From the IMG/VR virus record IMGVR_UViG_2896601577_000007: DNA of 11,888 bases; one strand, written 5' to 3'. The position numbers and the translations under genes were made by a program. Under the pieces are notes generated by a model, which was given only the letters and a program-made list of their open reading frames with translations, was not told where the DNA came from and made no database searches. Position 1 is the stretch's first letter. Each line of letters begins with the position of its first letter. This document shows, one piece after another, positions 1 to 7,103 of the stretch. Source of the DNA: a virus. Taxonomy: Duplodnaviria > Heunggongvirae > Uroviricota > Caudoviricetes.

Positions 1-519
1 TCATCGGTTCGTCTGAGAATGACGTGCAACTGCGCACGCGACACCCGGAGACAACGGCTGACTAAGCTTACTCCCCATCCCGGGCAATAAGGGCGCGTGC
101 GCTATCCACTTTTTTGCCCGTCCATATTCAACGGCTTCTTTGAGGAGTTCATTTTCCATCGTTTTCTTGCCGAGCAGGCGCTGGAGTTCTTTAATCTGCT
201 TCATGGCGGCAGCAAGTTCAGAGGCAGGAACAACCTGTTCTCCGGCGGCCACAGCAGTAAGACTTCCTTCCTGGTATTGCTTACGCCAGAGAAATAACTG
301 GCTGCTACACCATGTTGCCGGGCAACGAGGGAGACCGTCATCCCCGGTTCAAAGCTCTGCTGAACAATTGCGATCTTTTCCTGTGTGGTACGCCGTCTGC
401 GTTTCTCCGGCCCTAAGACATCAATCATCTGTACTCCAATGACTAGTCTAAAAACTAGTATTAAGACTATCACTTATTTAAGTGATACTGGTTGTCTGGA
501 GATTCAGGGGGCCAGTCTA
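1..519 (-). mobile_element. IS2 (IS3 family), partial copy: left end with terminal inverted repeat and insC/start of insD; the remainder lies beyond the window's left edge
   Basis: Reverse complement of 421..519 matches the IS2 left terminus as I recall it (TAGACTGGCCCCCTGAATCTCCAGACAACC...), ending at 519. Minus-strand ORFs carry InsC sequence ([44 protein letters not shown] and [57 protein letters not shown]) and an InsD segment ([27 protein letters not shown]). A6G slippery motif is present on the minus strand near 108..116. Confidence 0.9.
68..428 (-). pseudogene. insC: IS2 orfA (insC) remnant, reading frame broken
   Basis: The N-terminal 44 aa of InsC sit in the frame of ORF 201..473 and the remaining InsC sequence in the frame of ORF 1..252; the two frames switch near 297..300. 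ATG at 428. Confidence 0.7.
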
Positions 520-736
520 CATCCCACCATTTCAGGGCAATCAGCGCCTCAGCACGGGAAAGGGATATTCTCTGTATATCAGCATCCTCCCCACCAGCCA
601 CCCGGTATACCTCTGATAAATCACGAACATTTTTCATGTCTGCTTTCCCGGACGTTTCCATCAGTGCGTTAATATCATCCCCGTATAGCGTGATTGCGCG
701 ACGATACCAGCCAGAGAGATAACCATAGCCCGGCAT
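520..736 (-). CDS. 3' portion of the FtsH-like peptidase-domain gene, cut off by the IS2 end
   Basis: 72 codons of open frame run directly into the IS2 terminus at 519/520; the last 16 aa of the track ORF 470..736 are encoded by IS2 sequence. This frame is open upstream to 763 and overlaps the 661..1020 ORF. Confidence 0.45.
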
Positions 737-1020
737 ACCTGGTCTATCAGACGTAACCTGGTGTCATCATTCGAGAGGGTGTAAGACTTAACCTCAGCCA
801 CATTCCGTGGATAGTTGGCGTGCCATACCGCGACAGCTCCACATTCATCAACATCGCCGCTAAGGTAGGTTTTTGCCACTCGGTTATTACCCGATAACGC
901 AATTTCTACCTCCTGTATGCCGAAAAACCATGCGGCTATCGCATGACCTGCTTCATGTATTGCAAGATGTCTGGGCCAGCGATAGCTGCCGAACTCAATA
1001 ATGATGGGTTGCGTACTCAT
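661..1020 (-). CDS. Zn-metallopeptidase-like protein, FtsH/M41-type domain (HEAGH motif), possibly frameshifted
   Basis: LAIHEAGHAIAAWFFG followed by SLAGIVAQSRYTG resembles the FtsH protease-domain pattern (HEaGHA ... GGRaAE ... TG..DI). Internal ATG at 1020 is preceded by GAGGGA; the track ORF extends to 1098 without a Shine-Dalgarno sequence. Confidence 0.6.
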   Translation of the reverse strand: MSTQPIIIEFGSYRWPRHLAIHEAGHAIAAWFFGIQEVEIALSGNNRVAKTYLSGDVDECGAVAVWHANYPRNVAEVKSYTLSNDDTRLRLIDQVCRAMVISLAGIVAQSRYTGMILTH

Positions 1021-1030
1021 ATCTTCCCTC

Positions 1031-1465
1031 TCAGAATGGCGTTTCATTGTCGAATGGTGGGCGTTGGTCGTATTCATCACGGGATGGCTGCTGCGCACGT
1101 CTCAGCGCGTCCGTTGCCTGTCCCCGCTGTCCTGCCTTCCCGCCGGGGCGTACCGTTCTGGCGCTGATCACACTGTCGGCTACTACCTGATACCCCTGCT
1201 GTGTACCGCCGTCCTGCCCTGTCCACTGGTTGAGTTGCATATTGCCTGCCACGCTCACAAGGTCGCCTTTCTGGTGCTTTGCCAGCGCATCGGCCTGCTT
1301 CCCAAAAGCAATAACGCCCAGCCAGAAGGTTGACTCTCCCGCCTCTGCCGCATTACAGGGGAGAGACACCGCCAGCCGCGCCATAGCCATGTTGTTACCG
1401 TTCGTTGTGGTGCGGGTCTGGGGATCTGCCACCAGCCGCCCGTATGCTGAAATTTGTGCTGTCAT
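1031..1465 (-). CDS. ssb: Single-stranded DNA-binding protein-like (OB fold, acidic PF tail)
   Basis: 144 aa; OB-fold-like pattern (RLVADPQTR...NG...ARLAVSL...FWLGVIAFGKQADALAKHQKGDLVSVAGNMQLNQWTGQDGG..YQVVAD) and C-terminal ...PPFDNETPF similar to the SSB DDDIPF tail. GAGGGG Shine-Dalgarno sequence upstream of ATG at 1465. Confidence 0.65.
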   Translation of the reverse strand: MTAQISAYGRLVADPQTRTTTNGNNMAMARLAVSLPCNAAEAGESTFWLGVIAFGKQADALAKHQKGDLVSVAGNMQLNQWTGQDGGTQQGYQVVADSVISARTVRPGGKAGQRGQATDALRRAQQPSRDEYDQRPPFDNETPF

Positions 1466-1553
1466 TTTCCCCTCACTGGATTATTAGTTTTGCTAATGAC
1501 GATTTCTTAATGTGGGACACCTGCCGATTTTTTTTCATAGTAAGCAAAAATAG

Positions 1554-1813
1554 TGTTGTCTCTGTTGTCTTTGTTGTCTCACGGCTCTACAGGCCGCGCC
1601 ACGTCTGGGTTTTGCTGAGACAACATTTGCAATTTCGTGTTGTCTCACCCGGCATAAATGTTGTCTCACTGCCTGCCAGACTAAAAACACACTTTCGCCC
1701 TGTTGTCTCAAAATGGCTAAATGTTGTCTCGGTGTTGTCTCAGAAATTAAAATAAAATCCTTATAAATCAATCTCAATTACAAATTGAGACAACAAAGAC
1801 AACCGAGACAACA
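1554..1813. repeat. Iteron array: at least 8 direct and 3 inverted copies of TGTTGTCTC around an AT-rich core; putative origin of replication
   Basis: Direct copies at 1554, 1563 (TGTTGTCTT), 1572, 1639, 1659, 1701, 1722, 1733; inverted GAGACAACA at 1617, 1787, 1805; AT-rich stretch 1742..1790. It lies immediately 3' of the primase gene. Confidence 0.8.
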
Positions 1814-1839
1814 CTAAAACTACGCATGTGAAGAAATAA

Positions 1840-2289
1840 TTATTCTTCTGGCTGGCTGCTTTCCTCTGCCATGAAATTGAGTACATAGACGCGAATCTGT
1901 CGCCCATCCTCCCTTACTCGCCCCTGATAGCCTCGCCCGCTCGTTGGTGGTGTAAGCATTCCTGCATTCTTTAGAACTTCGGCAAACTGTTTGGTATTGA
2001 AGCCCTTTGCAATCTCCTGCTCAAACGCTGCCGGGAAGGTGTAGAAAATTATCGGGTCGCCGTCGTGGTTCCCCTTCTTCCTGTACCCGGCTAAATCACG
2101 GATGGGTAAATCGCGCGGGTCATAACCCAGCGGCGCGAATCGACTCAGCCCATAGGCATTCAAAAACGCCTCCGTCTGCTCAATAATCTGCTGGTGCTCT
2201 TTGTTCCCCGTGCCGAACTCACGCAACCACGCATTGTAGCTGTGCTGTATCGCATCACGGCACGTTTGATCATCCCAGCCAGTAACCAC
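1840..2289 (-). CDS. Primase/helicase C-terminal fragment (third frame segment)
   Basis: GTG-initiated track ORF with no convincing Shine-Dalgarno sequence; its frame is open upstream to about 2394, overlapping the end of the 2334..3890 ORF. Confidence 0.55.
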   Translation of the reverse strand: MVTGWDDQTCRDAIQHSYNAWLREFGTGNKEHQQIIEQTEAFLNAYGLSRFAPLGYDPRDLPIRDLAGYRKKGNHDGDPIIFYTFPAAFEQEIAKGFNTKQFAEVLKNAGMLTPPTSGRGYQGRVREDGRQIRVYVLNFMAEESSQPEE

Positions 2290-2333
2290 GCCACCCAGCA
2301 GTAAAGCAGCCTCCAGAATGGCGAACCTTGCCC

Positions 2334-3890
2334 CTACACGGTGAACCTGTTCCCATAGTCGGCAGGAATAAGACTGCGCCAGCGGGCTTCACAGTCACGA
2401 ACGGTATCAATGGCCTGCTGCTGGTGGCCTGCAAGCCATCTGATCCACTCCCGCCCGGCAGCGCCGTGATTGCTCTGCCACGCGGATTTTAATGCGTCTG
2501 CATGGTCTTTCCCTGTCTGGTGCTCATGAAAGCGCACCGCCTTACTTAACGGGATATTCAGCAGGCGCACCAGTTGCCCCGCTTTTGTCTTGCGTCCTGC
2601 GGAGGCAATGAACGTTTCTAAATCCATTTCCCCGGTGCTGATTGCCACGGTACGCCAGCGTTTTAGATCCCGATTTCCGCCTTCTTTCGCGCCCTGCAAT
2701 TTCCCTACGCCGTTAAACAGGGCATAGGCAGACTGAGAAACGCTTATCGGGTCTGCGCCCTGTCCGACTTCATCCAGCGGCATCAGTCCGTCATTGTGGG
2801 CGGCGGCCTCGTTTATCATCCCCAGCGCCGTCCCGTACCACGTCAGGCGCAAGGCATCAGGGTTCCCGTATAGACTGCTAGCCACGTTCTGCGTGGTTGT
2901 TTTCCCGGCGCTCGATTGCTCATAAAAATGAATCCCGAATCCGTCACGCTCTGCCACCCCGATTAATGGCGCTGCCAGTGCTGCGGCAATGCCTGTCATC
3001 ATCGCGTAGTTGCCGTATGCCAGCCGCGCGACACTGTTGCGCCAGCTTTCCGGCGTTCCTGCTACGGTATACCCGGCAGCGGCTGAACTGCGCCCGCTGA
3101 ACAAAACAGGCCGCTCAGGTGTGCCGATGATTTCCCCGTCCGGCATGATGTATGCCCCGCACTGCCAGCCTGTAGCATGAGCAACGCGCCACAATTCACG
3201 CGAGCCGCTCCGCTGTAGCCAGTCGGCAAGGATCGCCCGTAAACTGCTTTTGGTCGTGACGTTAACCCCACCAGCTTTCAGGGTGCGCCAGCCTTCACGC
3301 TCGCCAATATCAGCCAGCGGGATAGCCGCTGTTGTCGGTATGCCTGCACCGAATGCCAGCCATGAGATAATAAGATACTGATCTTTGTCGTCGCGTCCCG
3401 TGCCGATAACCTCCAACGGGGAACATAACCAGCTTTCAGCGTTGACGATCTCCCCGCTTTCCTTGTCCACCTTCGGCGTTACCCAGAAAACGCCATCTTT
3501 GCGGCTCTCAATGTGGGGTTTTAGTGGATCTTTCTCTGGATGGTCAGTTTTACCGCCCTCAATGGCTTGCAATCGCGGTTTCACGGCTTCCCCTTGAATC
3601 TGGTACATCGAATCGTTAAACGCAGCCGTAGCGACTTCCAGCCCGTTTTGCTGGCGGTAATCGTCCCAGTCGGCTTTGTAGTCTGTCGGCGGCAGCGCCA
3701 CCCAGCCAGCCACGGATAAGGCGGCTTTCTCTGCGGCATCTTTGCCCGTGTTCGCCTGGTCGTCCTGCTGGTGGTCGTTATCTGCGGCAATGATAATCTG
3801 CGTGGCTGGATATATCCGGCGCATCACTTCGGCAACGGGTAGCAGGTTGCCCGCGTCAATTGCTGCCACTGCCAGCGCGTCCGGGCGCAT
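2334..3890 (-). CDS. Primase/helicase central fragment: distal TOPRIM (DxD) plus P-loop region (DUF927-like)
   Basis: IIIAADNDHQ (TOPRIM DxD) 37 aa after the annotated Met, and a Walker-A-like SSAGKTTT. Its ATG overlaps the stop of the upstream fragment (TGATG). The frame upstream of the Met encodes LATALSVHL, which continues the TOPRIM motif. Confidence 0.85.
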   Translation of the reverse strand: MRPDALAVAAIDAGNLLPVAEVMRRIYPATQIIIAADNDHQQDDQANTGKDAAEKAALSVAGWVALPPTDYKADWDDYRQQNGLEVATAAFNDSMYQIQGEAVKPRLQAIEGGKTDHPEKDPLKPHIESRKDGVFWVTPKVDKESGEIVNAESWLCSPLEVIGTGRDDKDQYLIISWLAFGAGIPTTAAIPLADIGEREGWRTLKAGGVNVTTKSSLRAILADWLQRSGSRELWRVAHATGWQCGAYIMPDGEIIGTPERPVLFSGRSSAAAGYTVAGTPESWRNSVARLAYGNYAMMTGIAAALAAPLIGVAERDGFGIHFYEQSSAGKTTTQNVASSLYGNPDALRLTWYGTALGMINEAAAHNDGLMPLDEVGQGADPISVSQSAYALFNGVGKLQGAKEGGNRDLKRWRTVAISTGEMDLETFIASAGRKTKAGQLVRLLNIPLSKAVRFHEHQTGKDHADALKSAWQSNHGAAGREWIRWLAGHQQQAIDTVRDCEARWRSLIPADYGNRFTV

Positions 3891-4597
3891 CAGGTGAACT
3901 GAAAGGGCCGTCGCCAGCCCTCGGCAATTAAAACGCTCTGCGGCGATTCTGGCGCGTTTACGGCGTGATATGCCCCGCGCTTTGCTGAACCTGTCAGGAG
4001 TCGCTTCTCTCCCTGCGGTGTAATGGTTTGCGCTGCTGCCACTGCGCCGGATTCGTCCACCAGCTCCAGCAATAACGAACCATCCGGCATAACCGGATAG
4101 TTAAACCCGGTCAGCCCTTTTGATTGCAGGTAATCAGATTCGCCCTGTGTGGCACTCTGGCGCATTCCGGCATACAGATGGGCAAACGTAGCCCTTCGCT
4201 GCTCTGCGTCCTCTGCTGCCTGTTTCTGGCGCTCCTGCTCACGCTGCTGGCGGTCAGCTTCCAGTTGCTCTCTTCTATGGCTCGCTGCCGCCGGGTCGGT
4301 TTGCGCTGCCCGGTAATCAATACCCAGCACGTCAGCGGCAAGCTGTGCCGCCTCCGTGGTGTCGCAGTTGTTTACCCGCTTGATTAAATCCAGCCCGTCA
4401 CCAGCGCCACACTGGTTGCAGATAAAGCTACCGCGCCCGTTGTCGTCGAATCTGAAACGGTCTTTTCCACCACATGCAGGGCATGGAGAATGGCGGCGCG
4501 ATGAATCAGGCACGTCGATAGACAATTCAGCCAGCACATAAGGCCAGCGCCCTGCTGCGGCGCTGGTCACTTCGCGGATAAGGTCGATATTACGCAT
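3890..4597 (-). CDS. Primase N-terminal fragment: Zn-ribbon plus start of TOPRIM (catalytic Glu)
   Basis: CPACGGKDRFRFDDNGRGSFICNQCGAGDGLDLI is a P4 alpha-type primase zinc-binding motif; the fragment ends ...SVLIAEG then WRRPFQFT*. ATG at 4597 is preceded by AGGAGG; the track ORF extends to 4630. Confidence 0.85.
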   Translation of the reverse strand: MRNIDLIREVTSAAAGRWPYVLAELSIDVPDSSRRHSPCPACGGKDRFRFDDNGRGSFICNQCGAGDGLDLIKRVNNCDTTEAAQLAADVLGIDYRAAQTDPAAASHRREQLEADRQQREQERQKQAAEDAEQRRATFAHLYAGMRQSATQGESDYLQSKGLTGFNYPVMPDGSLLLELVDESGAVAAAQTITPQGEKRLLTGSAKRGAYHAVNAPESPQSVLIAEGWRRPFQFT

Positions 4598-4666
4598 GGT
4601 TGCCTCCTGCCACGGTCGCGCCCATATCATTAATCATGCTTTGCCATATCTCGCGCCCGATGTCAG

Positions 4667-4930
4667 TCAATCCGTCCTTAGTGACGCAACGATCAAGAAG
4701 CTCGATCCCACGATTTCCCACTGCGGGTAGCGCACTTTCATGGCTGCCAGTGCGTAGCTATCAATCAGGCTGCGAACGCCTTTTACTCCATTGACGATTT
4801 CCACACGGACGGCGAGGCCGTCCGCATCAATCATGAAATAGTCCCCGCCGCTGGTGGAAGTAATGTGGTTATACAGTGCTGCCGCATACTTATTCGCCAG
4901 CGCATTCAGTCGGAAATTTTTAGTAATCAT
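4667..4930 (-). CDS. Hypothetical protein (87 aa), last gene before the primase
   Basis: ORF with GAGGGG Shine-Dalgarno sequence 4 nt upstream of ATG 4930; 8-nt gap after the upstream gene's stop. Confidence 0.6.
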   Translation of the reverse strand: MITKNFRLNALANKYAAALYNHITSTSGGDYFMIDADGLAVRVEIVNGVKGVRSLIDSYALAAMKVRYPQWEIVGSSFLIVASLRTD

Positions 4931-4938
4931 GTCGCCCC

Positions 4939-5541
4939 TCAGTGCGCCAGCGCCATTTCAGGCCAGCCGTTTTCATTCAGTTCAGCTATAAAGCTGTTGT
5001 GAAGTTCAGCAAGCGTTTCACGACCAAATGGAGTCAGTGCTCCTTGTTCCACATCCATCATGGCTCTGTAGAAAATGATGGCGCGTTCTGTGCCAGACTC
5101 GATGCCAAAACGTTCTATCATCGCGCCCTCAATGTTGTTTGCCATAGCGAGGCGCTCTGCTACTGGATACAGCGGCATGGCGACGATGCCGTTGGAATAA
5201 ACAGCCACTTCGGAAGGATTGCCAGTATCATCAATGATGCTGACAGTGCCGTTTTCCTCTCTCATTTCCAGCATGAATACTGTTGCGATCAGCCAGCGCC
5301 ACATAATCACGTGATGCTGTGATGTGTAATCGAAATATCCCTGGTTGCCGCCACTGGCAATAGCGAGATGTATAAACATGCCTTCATCTGGTTTATCGTC
5401 ATAATCCCCGGCATCCAGACGATTTACGGCATCAATATATGAGACGGTCTCAACGCGTTCTGTCATGCCATCGTTGCTGCGGTACATGATGTTTACGCCG
5501 CCAGGCGTTGCTTCTGCATGGAACGTTAAGAAATTATTCAT
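4939..5541 (-). CDS. Hypothetical protein (200 aa)
   Basis: Internal ATG at 5541 preceded by GAGG, overlapping the upstream gene's stop by 8 nt; the track ORF extends to 5646 with no Shine-Dalgarno sequence. Confidence 0.65.
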   Translation of the reverse strand: MNNFLTFHAEATPGGVNIMYRSNDGMTERVETVSYIDAVNRLDAGDYDDKPDEGMFIHLAIASGGNQGYFDYTSQHHVIMWRWLIATVFMLEMREENGTVSIIDDTGNPSEVAVYSNGIVAMPLYPVAERLAMANNIEGAMIERFGIESGTERAIIFYRAMMDVEQGALTPFGRETLAELHNSFIAELNENGWPEMALAH

Positions 5542-5755
5542 GTTTCGCCTCGCCTGAATGATTCTGTAACTCATATTTGCCCAACAATTCGTCAGCTTCC
5601 TGAATAGCTTCTGGTACGCCATTGAGCAGTGACATAACCGCGCCAATCATTAACTTGTCTCTGTTGCTGGGGCTGGCCCCTTCAAGCCAGAACCCTAAAA
5701 CAGTCTGAACCTGTTCGATGCGACATTGCGCTTCAATGAGCTGGATGTTGGTCAT
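5534..5755 (-). CDS. Hypothetical small protein (73 aa)
   Basis: ATGA start/stop overlap with the upstream gene; GGAG 8 nt upstream. Confidence 0.6.
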   Translation of the reverse strand: MTNIQLIEAQCRIEQVQTVLGFWLEGASPSNRDKLMIGAVMSLLNGVPEAIQEADELLGKYELQNHSGEAKHE

Positions 5756-6015
5756 TTCGCACTCTCCACATCGATTAAACTGATATCTATCAGGGAGGTA
5801 ACTTTTTGTAGCCAGCTATTGATTACTGTCGCCTGTTCCCCTCCCACCGAGGGAACAATCTCATTCATCACATGAACCAGACCTGTGCGCGCTCTGGTAA
5901 GCCGTTCAGTCGCGCAATCTGCGGGAGTGAATGTGTCTGGATATGGCTCTTCGCGCCCCAGCAATGATTCAATTTCCAGCTCACACGGATGACGATAAAT
6001 TAAGTTGATATTCAT
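5752..6015 (-). CDS. Hypothetical small protein (87 aa)
   Basis: ATGA overlap with the upstream gene; GGGGGTG Shine-Dalgarno sequence upstream of ATG 6015. Confidence 0.6.
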   Translation of the reverse strand: MNINLIYRHPCELEIESLLGREEPYPDTFTPADCATERLTRARTGLVHVMNEIVPSVGGEQATVINSWLQKVTSLIDISLIDVESAK

Positions 6016-6206
6016 TTTTCACCCCCAAGAATTACCAGCTCTGCACGGGCATCGTTAACCAAAGATGAGCACGCTTTAATCGCATCCACGACATCAGCAG
6101 CGTCCATTTCTTCAGCCGAAAGACTGACAGCAACCAGGACAGCCGCTGTTTGCTCGATTAATTGAAGTGCGGACGTAAGGCGAGGGGTATTAATTGAGTT
6201 ATTCAT
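6012..6206 (-). CDS. Hypothetical small protein (64 aa)
   Basis: ATG at 6206 preceded by a G-rich Shine-Dalgarno-like run, 8-nt overlap with the upstream gene's stop; the track ORF extends to 6263. Confidence 0.55.
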   Translation of the reverse strand: MNNSINTPRLTSALQLIEQTAAVLVAVSLSAEEMDAADVVDAIKACSSLVNDARAELVILGGEK

Positions 6207-6417
6207 TGGTTGCCCCCCGTTTTCCTGACATTTCGCCACCTTCCAGCAGGAAATGAACGTCACGAACGGCGAGATCCAATATCGCGAGTAACGCCTTCAG
6301 TTTTTCGTCTCGTGAGGGAGAGTTGCTCACCAGAATGTCATTAATCACTTCTGTCAGTGTGATGATCTGGCTTGTGCGTTCGAGGGGATCCATATGCACA
6401 TCGTAGGTTTTAATCAT
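6199..6417 (-). CDS. Hypothetical small protein (72 aa)
   Basis: ATG at 6417 preceded by GGAGGTG; overlaps the stop of the first operon gene by 8 nt; the track ORF extends to 6507. Confidence 0.6.
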   Translation of the reverse strand: MIKTYDVHMDPLERTSQIITLTEVINDILVSNSPSRDEKLKALLAILDLAVRDVHFLLEGGEMSGKRGATNE

Positions 6418-6604
6418 GTGCCACCTCCATGCGGATACGACCAGCAAAAAAGCAGACGTGATCGCGCACCAGAGAACGGCGAGCATCGCGTTCAGACTCG
6501 GCAGCAATATGATGAATTTTGGCGGTAATTGTCGGGCAATCGCGGCGAACTGCGGCGATAATCCAGATAAATTGCGGTTTTTGGGTAGGGGTAGTAGCCA
6601 GCAT
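6410..6604 (-). CDS. Hypothetical small protein (64 aa), first gene of the small-gene operon
   Basis: ATG at 6604 with AAGGAGG (rc of 6613..6619) 8 nt upstream (MLATTPTQKPQFIWIIAAVRRD...). This is the 3' end of the track ORF 6410..7165, which I do not accept as a single CDS. Confidence 0.6.
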   Translation of the reverse strand: MLATTPTQKPQFIWIIAAVRRDCPTITAKIHHIAAESERDARRSLVRDHVCFFAGRIRMEVAHD

Positions 6605-6631
6605 AGCGGCAGCCTCCTTTGTGTTTAAGGA

Positions 6632-6670
6632 GTCACCGCCTGAGTTTCCACGCTCTGAAATGGCGGTGAC
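6632..6670 (-). promoter_or_regulatory. 9-bp-stem hairpin in the 5' leader, just upstream of the Shine-Dalgarno sequence of the first operon gene
   Basis: GTCACCGCC (6632..6640) and GGCGGTGAC (6662..6670) are perfect inverted repeats around a 21-nt loop; a 5-bp stem with UUCG loop on the minus-strand RNA lies at 6711..6724. Confidence 0.35.
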
Positions 6671-6793
6671 GTTAGCAGGGGTGGAAATACCGGACACAAA
6701 GGAAACCGGCCTACGCGAACGTAGCCCCACTAACGCCACCATTGATACAGTACGGACTAGGCCGCTGATTTGATGTGCGTAGTGATCGGACAC

Positions 6794-6816
6794 AAAAAAA
6801 GACGCTTTCGGCGTCT
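6794..6816 (-). terminator. Intrinsic-terminator-like hairpin followed by a U-run (minus strand)
   Basis: Minus-strand RNA reads AGACGC-CGAAA-GCGUCU followed by UUUUUU (plus-strand A-run 6794..6799). Confidence 0.5.
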
Positions 6817-7103
6817 GTGTCGCCCTGAGTGTGTTCGGGTTTCCACGCCCGGTTGCTGATTTTGCAGCAACGCTTGGACTATAACAGCTTTTCTCTGCTA
6901 GGTGGTCATACCAGATAAAACCGTAACCCTTTAAGAGTTTTTCCTGTGCACGGCTCACCATCTTTTTGTTGAGGGTAAGCGCCTCGCGTACTGGTAACGG
7001 AACTCCGGGCGCTGCGGTATCAATATCAGGTTTTATAAGGTTGTAAGGGTTAACATTTGTTAACAGGCCAGCCAGATTAAAGGCTTCTTTCTGGGCGGCA
7101 GGT

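Noticed and set aside
1405-1777. Track ORFs 1405..1755 (+) and 1535..1777 (-)
   Set aside because: They run through the iteron array with repeat-driven low-complexity translations and no ribosome-binding sites.
1554-1813. Possible CRISPR array, suggested by the short repeats
   Set aside because: Repeats are only 9 bp, irregularly spaced, in both orientations and embedded in AT-rich DNA next to a primase: iterons, not CRISPR repeat-spacer units.
1830-1848. Hairpin GAAGAA...TTCTTC at the primase stop as a terminator
   Set aside because: AT-rich weak stem with no U-run; it may simply be part of the AT-rich origin flank.
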